Part shown: piece after piece, positions 10,760-20,000 of the stretch | How the letters are laid out: every line of letters starts with the position of its first letter | How positions within the stretch are numbered: position 1 is the first letter of the stretch | Translations under genes and position numbers: made by a program | The notes under the pieces: generated by a model | Seen by the model: only the letters and a program-made list of their open reading frames with translations | Databases searched by the model: none | Told to the model about the DNA's origin: nothing | NCBI GenBank assembly: GCA_013115125.1 | Contig: JABANN010000092.1 | Location: 55,828 to 75,827 of the forward strand | Source of the DNA: Perkinsus olseni | Taxonomy: Eukaryota | DNA length: 20,000 nt | Reading direction: 5' to 3'

Positions 10760-10864
10760 CGATGGCCCTCATCATGTGGGAAATGTTTCTGTGCTACCTT
10801 TGTTGCCGCGTTACCATCAGTATTACTCCTACTACCACGCCCCGCTTACAGGGTTGGATTACGC

Positions 10865-12407
10865 ATGCGGCAGCTCATTCTCGACACCGTTGCTGGCCGA
10901 AGAGTCTCTTCCGTCGTGGCCTGCGTCCTCGGCCTGTTGCTACTTGAGTACGTCGTCTGTCGATTCATCCTCGCTAGGGTGTCGTACACTGAGATAGACT
11001 GGAAGGCCTACATGCAGGAGGTAATCATGACGTGGTCATCATCCTTCACTGGCATCTCTGTGGCTCAGGTAGAAGGCTGGGTGGTGGATGGTGATACGAA
11101 CTACTACCATCTCAAGGGGGGCACCGGCCCCTTGGTGTACCCCGCAGCCTTCCTCTACCTCTACGCGGCCCTGAGGTGGATTGCCGGTGGGGACGGCTCA
11201 GACATTGCAGCGGCTCAGCAGGTGCTCCCCGACCACTCTTGTCTCGTCCAGCCAATTTCTGTAGGTTTTCTTCTGGCTCTACCTGGCCACTGTTGCCGTA
11301 GTACTCACGTGCATGGCGTTCGCTGGAAGGAAGAAGTCGATCCCGCTGCTCTACTACGCACTCGTGTGTTTCTCCAGACGGACACACAGTATCTTCCTCC
11401 TGCGCCTTTTCAATGACGCCTGGTAAACCCCCGACCAGCGGCGGTCCTCATGGTGGTAATCTCTCAGGTGCGTGGCCCTAGTCCACCTCTCCGTGCTCCT
11501 GATGGTAGTCCTCGGCTACCGTCGGTTGGGGTGCATAGTGTACAGCTTGGCAGTTGGTGTGAAGATGAATGCCTTCCTCTGGGCTCCGGGGATCTTCGTC
11601 TTTCTGTTGGGACCCGGAATCCCTACTTGGCGGAGATTCTTCTCGACCCTGTGCTTCGTTGCTGTATGGTGCGGCATACCGCAGGTGGGAGGTCTCTCCA
11701 TGTCGACTGGCCAGCCCTGCTGCCCTCAGATCCTCATCGGCCTGCCCTTCCTGACCACCCACCCCATAGCGTACCTTCATAAGTCCTTCGAGCTCTCCCG
11801 AGTGTTCTTCTATAAATGGACTGTCAACTTCAAGTTTTTGCCCGAGGAGGTCTTCGTATCTCCCGAACTTGGCCTTCTCCTGCTCGCCATGACCATCATA
11901 CTGTGGTTGTGGTTCGCCTTCCGCAAATGGCTCCCTTCCTGGGTATCGCAAGACCCTCTGCTGGTACTCTACAGCAGCAACTTCATCGGTGTGGCGATGT
12001 CCCGAACGATACACTATCAGTTTTATTGCTGGTGAGCGAATCGCCATTTCATACTGGCGCCGCCAAGCTTCCTCTCGATGCCCACAGGTATTCGTTCACC
12101 ATACCGTATCTGCTGTGCCGCAGTCAGTGGACGAGGAATGCCAGTATTGATTTCGTCATCAAGATGGCCGTATGGGGCTCGATCGAGTAAGCATGAGATC
12201 TTCCGTCAAGCTACGAGTTGTCCCGCTGACAGATACGCCTACAACGTGCCACCTGCGTCGGAGTGCCGGAGCCTTCCCAAGGGAACCGACTTCTGTGACA
12301 ATCCTGCGACCCCCCTTAGCAGTGCTCTCCTTCAACTCGTTCATGTGGCTCTACTAGTGGGGCTTGCGAGGGCTCAGGTCGGGAAAAAGGGTGCGAAACT
12401 TGAGTAG
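10865..12407 (+). CDS. ALG3: Dol-P-Man:Man5GlcNAc2-PP-Dol alpha-1,3-mannosyltransferase (GT58)
   Basis: Motifs YTEIDWKAYMQEV, G.TGPLVYPA, SRRTHSIFLLRLFND, SLAVGVKMN, FFYKWTVNFKFLPE, SNFIG...SRTIHYQFYCWY. Introns 11021-11068, 11222-11264, 11423-11467, 11685-11729, 12032-12087 and 12187-12232 are all GT-AG and restore the frame. Confidence 0.96.
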
Positions 12408-12517
12408 TTTCTTGAGTACATGTCCTCTTGCGCTGTTATTGCAGTCTGTAGCTCGGGGCTCGGAGCCGATCGGCCTTGTAGTTCAATATTGCTCCACTCT
12501 CTCTTTACTCCTCCTGA

Positions 12518-12766
12518 ATGGCTCACTCAGACGAGCGGCCAACAAGGGTATTAACCCGAGGAAGATTCTCTGTCAGCTTCGATGAGGGCGACTCTTCCTG
12601 TGGCCAAACGGTTGTGCTCTCCAGATCCCAGTGCGGCGGAATACCCTCCCAGTCTCGCCGAGTTGGTCGGTTCGAATGCTGTTGCCTCACCGCTGTCGGC
12701 CGCCGTGTGGGCCGGTTCGAGGTCTACGATGCTCCCTACGAAGCGATTACTCTGCGCCGCTACTAA
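12518..12766 (+). CDS. 82-aa protein with three RFxV/RFxC-type motifs (RGRFSV, RRVGRFEC, RRVGRFEV)
   Basis: ATG start 110 bp after the ALG3 stop. The duplicated RRVGRFE heptapeptide differs only at four synonymous third positions, which supports coding status. Confidence 0.7.
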   Translation: MAHSDERPTRVLTRGRFSVSFDEGDSSCGQTVVLSRSQCGGIPSQSRRVGRFECCCLTAVGRRVGRFEVYDAPYEAITLRRY

Positions 12767-13252
12767 TTTCTCGCTCGTTGCTGCATCATCTTGCAGTTGC
12801 TCACGTTAGTTCCCGTCTCATCACGATATCAGTATCAGTTCCTATTCTCAGCTTCGGTGCCGTTCAGGCATTTGTATAGTATTTTAGTTCGCGTGTTGTC
12901 TCACCTTTAAAGAGAATTTCTGTCGATCCTCTGAATCTTATCACGGCTTCGTCCTCGGTGCTGAAGCGCCGTCGTGTTTTACTGTGAAGCCTCCAAGCCC
13001 TAACTTCTCTTCACCCGTAAGAATTACTGTGTTATATGATGCTGCGAATCATCTTGTCACTTCGCCATCACCTCTAAGCCGTTTCACGCTCAACCCGGGT
13101 TTAGTTGATTACCCGCAGCGGAGCACGATAGACCTAGTCAAGCGGGAACTCCTCCCGAGAATTCGTCGAGAACTGTGTACTCAATGGAGTCGCCGTAAAT
13201 CGCCACTAACCGAATGAACTCTCTCAAGCAGCAGCTAGAAACAGTTGTTACA
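12767..13252. other. Convergent strand-switch region between the plus-strand and minus-strand gene arrays
   Basis: All supported genes to the left are on + and all to the right are on -. Confidence 0.7.
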
Positions 13253-13534
13253 TTATTTGGAGGATAAACGAGCGAAGCTTTCACCGGTAGAAACATCCAT
13301 CTTGAAGTCCAAACCAGCAGGACACACTTGATCAGCTTCAACCTTCTGCCACTCAGTAGTGGGATAGAATGGCCTCTTGCCCGTCGGGATGGCAGCCTTC
13401 TTCCTGGAGGCTTCTTCCCGCTCATCGTCAGTCTCGTCTCGGAAGAGGTAGACTGCAAGGCCGATCGCTGCAGCTACTCCACATACGATAGCGATGCTCC
13501 GACGACGGTCGACCAAGATCTCTGATAGTGTCAT
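13253..13534 (-). CDS. 93-aa membrane-anchored protein with a stand-alone SIL1-N-terminal-like motif
   Basis: TM SIAIVCGVAAAIGLAVYLF. The C-terminal FYPTTEWQKVEADQVCPAGLDFKMDVSTGESFARL fits the F.PT.EWQ.....Q..P.G......TG...A.L motif at the N-terminus of SIL1 (recalled pattern). Confidence 0.8.
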   Translation of the reverse strand: MTLSEILVDRRRSIAIVCGVAAAIGLAVYLFRDETDDEREEASRKKAAIPTGKRPFYPTTEWQKVEADQVCPAGLDFKMDVSTGESFARLSSK

Positions 13535-13634
13535 GATAAACAGGAAGAATCAAGCCTAAGACAAGGTTCACACCTTACGGACCACCACAAGACTACCAAC
13601 ACGACAAGCGTCCTGCAGTTGATGGAAAAGTACA

Positions 13635-14526
13635 TCAGTGAAGCTCAACAACACAATCGAGCACAAACTGGTGCGCCTTCCTGAGCACCGGCAGCAGTAG
13701 CGACTTGATACAGGTGTAGGCCAAAACAACGAGCCCCGTCCAATCACGAAGTGAGAAGACACTCCGATCTAGGTGGAGCTTGATGTTGTACTCATCCGAA
13801 TACAATGCTGCTGACCTGAGGGAACGATACCAATCAGCCGTGCAATATAGTCGGTCCACGATGCCTCACCGATAGAAGTGAGATGAGGTGGCCACCTCTA
13901 GCCCAGTAACGTTGGCTACATATGCTACAGCCTTGTCAGCGTCGAAGGGCGGGTCGATGCTGGCAGCAAACGCCTTGGTGTCGGAGCCCTGGACAGCGCT
14001 CAGAATGATAACCCGAGGAACGGTTATCCATTGCCTAAGAGTATGGACCACATTTGAAGGCGGGAAGGGGTGGTAGGGGACCGACTTACAACTGCAGTAG
14101 CTCGGCTTGAGTTGCTCCCACGAGATCCACCCGATAGAAACGAATGTCCGGGAAGCTGCCGGCCAGAAACTGTTCGAACTTGACGACTGCGGGAGAATCT
14201 GATGACACCCGTTTGGAAAGAGAATGGGCGAGGGAATGCTCACATGAAAACGGATTTGTCGAAGAGTAAAGGATGAGTCCACTAGGAACCGTCGTAGGGA
14301 ACTCGGGAGACCTGTTCCACAGGGCCGAGGCATAGAAGATGGCAGAGGCCTCCGAGACTGATATGTCCTCTATCGGCGCATAGGCCGCGCATTGCTGGGA
14401 GACGGAAGCTCGAGGAGGAACGTCGGGGGAAAGCTGCTGGTGTTGCACAGCCTGTGAAGCGACTACTCGCTCGGTCAAAAGGAGAAGTGGGAGAAGGCAA
14501 TGAAAAAATGGAGGCCTCACGAACAT
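13635..14526 (-). CDS. Signal peptide + redox-inactive thioredoxin-like domain + C-terminal TM (TXNDC15/plant APR-like family)
   Basis: Introns 14199-14243, 14035-14089 and 13816-13869 give GLILYSSTNPFSYSPAVVKFEQFLAGSFPDIRFYRVD...QWITVPRVIIL...AVAYVANVTGLE...DWTGLVVLAY. This resembles LFYxxWCxFS...F..L...FP.......P..........TG of TXNDC15/APRL. The last exon boundary is uncertain. Confidence 0.65.
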
Positions 14527-14697
14527 ACCAAGCCTGAAGAGGATGTCTAAAGTAGTCGGCCGTATGTATTCCACTCAAACTCGACAGCACTGTGAAGAGT
14601 ACAAAGGTGTCGTGGTAGCATGGTAATGAGAACAAATATACCTATTCAACTTTCGACTTCTACCTACACTGTTTTCTCTTCAGAAGTTCTCATTGCG

Positions 14698-15366
14698 TCA
14701 GTCCGGCGGAGGCGAGCCACCAGCCGGCTGCTCGGCATCCAACAACACAGTTTGGCGGCTCTCTGGCTGATGGTCTTCCACAGCGATGTCAAGCGGTGAC
14801 TTGTCGGTAGCTGCCTCCCCCAGTGATGATGCAGCGGCGCTGCTCGTCCGTGGTCGTGGTGAGAACCGTTGAGCGCTACCGGCCACTGACGCCGTCGAAG
14901 CTCTTCTGGCCGGAGGAGCGAGGAAGAGCGTGGTCCTCCGCGGTACCACTGACCCTTGGGCTTGCCCCTGGCTGCCAAGAGAAGCGCCTCCTCGGCTGAT
15001 CCTAGAATCTAATCTCTGCTTCTTGAAGTGATCGCGCCTGGAAACGCTCTCTCGCGCTATCTTGATGAGGGAGAGGAAAAAGTCGTCACTCATCTCCGTC
15101 AGAGTCTTCCGCTTCAACGATCTCATCCTGCTGACGACATGAGACGGGACAATCAGAGGACCTTACACTCCCAAGGAGGCATCGGCTTCGGAGTCGATCG
15201 ATATCTCTCTGTTCGGCCAGTCATAGGAAGCATGGCAGACGTCCTCGAGTGAGTAGGAACTCCTCATCCTCCTCAAGGAGGCGTTGTCGAAGACTCTAAG
15301 AGGATGTGCAGCGAGTGGCGGCGGACGACTAGCCGTCCGCCTACTCGAGGTAGCTTTGGTAATCAT
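14698..15366 (-). CDS. Two-exon basic, Ser/Arg-rich hypothetical protein
   Basis: ATG at 15366. A gtaagg donor at 15166 with tandem acceptors (15128 or 15131) joins ORF 15163- to ORF 14698- in frame. No recognisable domain. Confidence 0.5.
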
Positions 15367-15490
15367 CAATGTCCCTCACACAGAAGAATAGTCTTCGCCG
15401 AGGCAGGCACTTCACTTGAGCCGCCTTCTCCAAAAAGTACTCTCCTGGAGCGATCGAGCACCAGATTCACCAGCCGCTCCTAATGCGAGT

Positions 15491-17909
15491 TCAGTTACCG
15501 TTGTTCAGTTTCTCCTCAGCATCATATAGGTCGAGCCTGTCTATTATACTCCGGTCTGGCGGATTGCCTCGCGGCCGCCAGCCAAGGGTTGGGTTAAAGG
15601 TCTGCATGCAACACTTGCGAAGATTTCAAGATTACTCGGGGCCCCCGAGTCGGGGGGACTGAGCACTCCTCACCTGCGCCTGCTTCTTGAAACCGTCCAC
15701 TGAAATAAGAACGAAAACACGTTATCAAACTCCCAGAGTATAAAATTACCGGAGGAAGACACACCGCTGTCGCTGCTGCTGGCACTTCCCTCATTGGGAT
15801 CCCGGGAAAGTAGCCCCCGTAGTCGTTCCACTTCGCTCCGTAGCGAGTCAGCTTCCGTGCGCAGTTCCTCATTTTTCGTCAACAGATCTTCCTTTTCCAC
15901 CATCATCGCATCCAGTGCGTCCGTCGCAGCCTTTGACACCCCCACCATTCTCTCCCGGGACTCCCTCTGCGCCTGCGCCGAAGCGTGCATATCGTCAACC
16001 CTAGCCATTCCACTACACTGAGCTGCCAGCTATTGAAGCTCGATGCCCAAAGTGAAACTGTGAGGTATTCTGCAGTGATCGTCTCCGCGGCTCGAGTCAT
16101 CCTCATCAGACTTCGCTGAGCGTTCGCTGTAGCTTCTCCTACTTCAGCAGCTAGGGGAGGCCGAGAAATGCCGGGCGAGCGCTGTTGGTACCTCTATTTA
16201 CTTCTGTTTTCCTCTAGCTGTCGGATGATGATCTCTCTCGAAGTGGCATGGAACCATGCCCTTACCACGCTCGACAGGAGGTAGGTGTCAGCCTGTCGGG
16301 TTGACTGCTCCACCATGAGATGTGCTATCGACTTCTGCGACACTGCCAACTGCCGCCGTAGCTCCAGCTGATGTGAGGACTGTGAGCATGAAAGAGTGGG
16401 CTGCTGTTCACCTCCCTCTGCTCTATCCCCAGCAACAGTGCTTCGGTCTTCCACCCATCAAAGACCTGCCTCTTCAAACGCTCCACTCCTTTATCGTTGG
16501 CGTGATCGAAGAAGCCGTCCGCCAGCGCAAGGCGGGACTCCTGGGCCACCGAATACACACTCTGAACAGAGGTGGTGGTGGAGGCCATGGCCGATTGATC
16601 TTCGGTTGGAGTACATCCAACTGCCTCTCGAACACTTCCTCCCTCGCCCATGTTCTCCAAGCCATCAGGACCAGGTGTACGGTCCAAACTGATGTTGTGA
16701 CCTCCAGTAGCCGAGAGCTCTGAGTGAACCCGAGGAGGCTCTCACGGGTTGCAATGTAGCCGCGATATGACCAGGCAATCCACTTGCTGCATCAGCTTGG
16801 TCTCAGCCTGCTGGGACCTCGCTGCCTGCTCCGTGGTGACTTGTTGAAAGAGTCTACTAGCATCCACTTCTCTTTTCCAGCCACGGAAAGTGACTTTCAG
16901 CAGGGCCTGCGGAGGGTCGCGTGCTGGAGGAATGCTCCACATCCTTCCACCTCCTTCTCGAGGACGATATGGGCGGCTCCCTTCATCACGGTGAAGTACT
17001 TATCTCCCCACTCACGTATATTGTTCTGCTTCCTCTCCACCGCCAACTGATCGGAGGGACTAGCTTCACCGCTACAATCCAGATAGGAGTTCACCTTGAG
17101 CCTATCGATCGCCATCTTAGTCTTAGCATAGCTCCTCCACGAGTAGAAAGCATCGCCTTGTATGCCACGCTGCTGGGCTCCATTAGAGCGTACTATAAAG
17201 CTGAGGCCCCAACTGGTGAGAGCTGCCCGTCGGCGAACTTCGTTATTCATCATGGTCTGAGCTCGCTGTCCGAAGGCAGCAACAGCTGCTGCTGCTGCTT
17301 CCACTACCTCCTGGAGCCGAGCTGCCTTCCGCCGCTCTTCCTCTACCCTGGCCTGCCGGGTCACATCCCACCACGCAGCGAGAATGAACCCGGTCATCCT
17401 TGCCGACTCGGCCCGTATAAAGAAGTTACTGAACTACCAAAGGCGGCCGCCGCCGACGCTATTGGGAATGATCGCTACGAGCCTTACCCTTTGAAGGAGC
17501 TCTTCGTGATGCATTGATGCATCTCGCACAGCGTCATCCTCGTCCTTAGCCCGGCGGACCCTCCCTACCTCACTCTGCCAAGACCGCAGTACCATACGTA
17601 ACCATGCCTGAGGGGAACTCCTGACCACAACTACAGGCCCCTACTACCGCCTACTCTCTTGGACCACAGCCACTCCTTGCATTCTGCCATAGCTTGCGCA
17701 TGCGGATTGACAGGGCCTCCTCCCTCCTCAGCATTCAAGTCGTCCTCATTCACGATGTCGCCTTCTTCAGAGCTGGTCATCGCAGCCCCGACTATATCAT
17801 ACCCGTAGTCTAGTAGGTCCTGTAGAACTTCCTCCCCAAACTTGTTTAGGTTCAGGGAGGCTATGCTCCCATCAGCAGAGACGGTCTTCCGGCGTTGGAC
17901 CCTGCTCAA
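15491..17909 (-). CDS. Multi-exon helical/coiled-coil protein with Sfi1-like (centrin-binding-type) F/LxxW repeats; 5' end unresolved and may extend to about 18.2 kb
   Basis: Frame-consistent GT-AG introns at 17621-17664, 17434-17487, 17047-17094, 16907-16950, 16741-16783, 16562-16614, 16368-16411, 16151-16201, 15973-16016, 15700-15749 and 15602-15673. Repeats RMVLRSWQ, FILAAWWD, DAFYSWRS, KVTFRGWK, HLVLMAWR, RQVFDGWK, SVVRAWFH, SSFNSWQL. C-terminal coiled coil EKEDLLTKNEELRTEADSLRSEVERLR. Confidence 0.72.
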
Positions 17910-18491
17910 TGCTACCGCCTGGATGACATCAGCCGCTTTACGGTGGCTGGTGGCGTAGAGGATTCCGAAAGAAGTGACAATGGGTGATGTTGGACAGCTA
18001 CAGGTGGACTAATGAGCTTCAACGCAGCAATGACAACAACGATGATCTCCCGTACTCGAGGACAGGCAATAATAGAGGTACTTGGCGGTGGCAGAATGCC
18101 GGCCTCCAGTGGCTCCGAGCTTTTGCCGCTGCATCTTGCCTTCCATCTGCCTCTCGGGAAAGGCACGAAAGTCCGTCATAACACAGAATCCCAAGGACGT
18201 CAAGAGGAGAGAGATCTCTCTCCTGGCCGACGAGAAGAAGCCCGGAGCTATGTTTATGTGAGCTAGTTCCTCAACGTTGAAGCCACCATCAAATCCAAGC
18301 GCGACGAGGGAAACCAATGCAAGGGCAGTCCCTGCCACCCCTCACAGTGCCTATTCTATCGTTGGAGCCTGAGCATTTGGCTTGTTTCCTCGAAAATACA
18401 CACCCCACGCACTCCACGCAACACCAACCGGATGAGAAAACTTCGAGAAGCACAGTTGGAAGGAGTTGACGCAGTGGCTGGTTTGAACCCG

Positions 18492-20000
18492 CTACTCCTG
18501 ATAGGCCCCGCTGCCTAGCCTATGAGTGTCGCTACTACTCGAAGAGCTTCGCGTTGGTGTATCACCATCATTACCAGAATCACTCTCTCCCACGGAGCCC
18601 TCTTCCCTCCTGGTCAGCTCATCGCTATACGCCTTCAGCATGGGCAATATCACGGTCGATCGAGCGTCACCGTCGGTTTGGTACCTTCCGGCCAGGTCGA
18701 GCGGGGTCATCCTGGCAGAGGACGCGGGTCGAGGAGATGCTGTCTGCCTTGTCATACCGTGTTCGTGATGGAGATGCTATCTCTGCTTGAAGGAGGCTCT
18801 CACTACGTTCAACGCCAAGTTCCTTCTCAGTGGATATGACAACCTCACAGCAGCGGAGAGAGGTACCCTCGACTGCATAGTGGAGGCAGGTCCACCCGTA
18901 CCGATCTCTAAGAGACGGCCAGTACTAGTGCCAGCGTTAGTCGACTGTCACTACCGTTCTTCCAAGGCCTCAGCCCCCAGCCTGTGAAACAGGAGGTCTA
19001 ATGAAAGCGGAAAGTCGTAGAGTGCAGCTGTCATGGCTAATGTTTGGCCGGAAGCATTCAACGGGCCTGCCGGGATGTGGGGTGGACACCAAGACGATTC
19101 GGCAGATGTGTGGTATCACGGTTTGCGCGCACGAGCTTTCCGCGAGAAAGTAGTCCAATCCCATGGCTGATAGTTTTATCGTCCTTTCCAGCGGCCATCT
19201 CGGCCATCAATCTGTCTCTGCGCCGCTCGCCTGCCTTATTCATGGCAAGTAGGCATCTGTAACGTCAACGGGCCTCATCTACCCCAGGGTTCCCAAGCGT
19301 AGTACCTCCCCGCCGATTGTATCTGTACTATTGCCAGCAGGCGTCGCTGAGCTTCTTGCCGTGCTGCATATCCTTTCCAACAGGCCGCAATAGTAACCTC
19401 AGCCCTGCACCTTCGACGTTGATCGTACAGCGGTCGCCACCAGTTCTACGGAGGCAGGAGCTAATCTGATGCACATTGGCCGCAAGGCAGATACCTGTAT
19501 CCTAGCAGCTGCTCGGTACGGTCGTAGAGGATCCGCTAGCCGCCGCAGCCTTTCCTGCTGGGCCTTCTCCTCTGATCTCCACGCTACGAGAGGTAGGGCG
19601 AGGTAACACAGCCATCTTGGTATATCATCTGTTGCTACTACAGTACTAACCTGAGGATGCTCATGTGATACTCTGAGACGTTCGAGGAGCGTGAACCTTT
19701 TCGGATAGGGTGTTTCCCTCACGAGTGATCAACTTATAGGATGCCAGCCATAGCGCCGAGGTGAGGATGGTAGTGGCTGCTATTAGGAGGAAGATTATGA
19801 GTAGGAGGCATGAGGCAGCAAGGGACGACATGCAAACAAGCCAAGTACACTCCCAACGCAATGTCGTATCGCCGTGAGCTTCATGATAGAGTTGAATGGT
19901 GAACCCAAACCCACTGGATGCGACACAACTGTAGTGTTCCCGGCTTGACCAAACCGTTCACTAGAGACAGCAGGAAGCTCGCCACCCTTAGAACTCGACG
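18492..20000 (-). CDS. Membrane protein with three IQ calmodulin-binding-type motifs and three ankyrin repeats (5'-partial)
   Basis: Introns 19446-19494, 19257-19305, 19067-19119, 18908-18954 and 18712-18757 give AAARIQNWWRPLY..EVTIAACWKGYAARQ..AIVQIQSAGRCLLA, then NASGQTLAMTAALYDFPLSLDLLFHRLGA, DRYGWTCLHYAVEGTSLRCCEVVI and RMTPLDLA. The hydrophobic exon at 19723-19913 is joined tentatively via introns 19673-19722 and 19616-19650. Confidence 0.78.

Noticed and set aside
10865-12407. Apparent frameshifts suggesting a pseudogene or recoding in ALG3
   Set aside because: Fully explained by canonical 43-56 nt GT-AG introns.
12860-13217. ORF 12984-13217 (+) and a minus-strand RRRFSTEDE Myb-like fragment
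   Set aside because: No ATG start or coherent splice model, and the motif is too short.
15794-17517. Plus-strand ORFs such as 16921-17517 and 16322-16723
   Set aside because: Antisense to a frame-consistent spliced minus-strand gene.
17910-18340. Possible separate gene (ORF 18009-18338 -) with HRCCHCC
   Set aside because: The Cys/His run falls in a probable intron and several splice paths are equally plausible; left unresolved as possible 5' exons of the Sfi1-like gene.
19610-19620. AGCCATCTTGG resembles the core of the Perkinsus/dinoflagellate spliced leader
   Set aside because: Only 11 nt, lacks the CTCAAG end, is antisense to the local gene and is not upstream of a start; probably chance.

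Overview
Gene-dense eukaryotic DNA, not prokaryotic. The very short GT-AG introns (mostly 43-59 nt), roughly 100-550 bp intergenic gaps and gene content suggest an alveolate protist, probably Perkinsus-like (inference; not provable from this window). The window holds two head-to-tail gene arrays that converge at about 12.8-13.2 kb. Plus strand: TM RING-H2 E3 ligase, a secreted protein of possible BPI/TULIP fold, a membrane-anchored C69 peptidase (all three intronless), two spliced paralogues sharing an unnamed winged-helix-like Cys domain, a putative mitochondrial protein, ALG3, and an 82-aa ORF built from RFxV-type motifs. Minus strand: a TM + IQ + ankyrin protein (5'-partial), an Sfi1-like Trp-repeat coiled-coil protein, a hypothetical protein, a Cys-less TXNDC15/APRL-like thioredoxin, and a small membrane protein carrying only a SIL1-N-terminal-like motif. 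Most ORF-track entries after 5.3 kb are exon fragments or antisense shadows. Gene models were spliced by hand and need RNA-seq confirmation. No rRNA, tRNA, CRISPR or mobile element was recognised.
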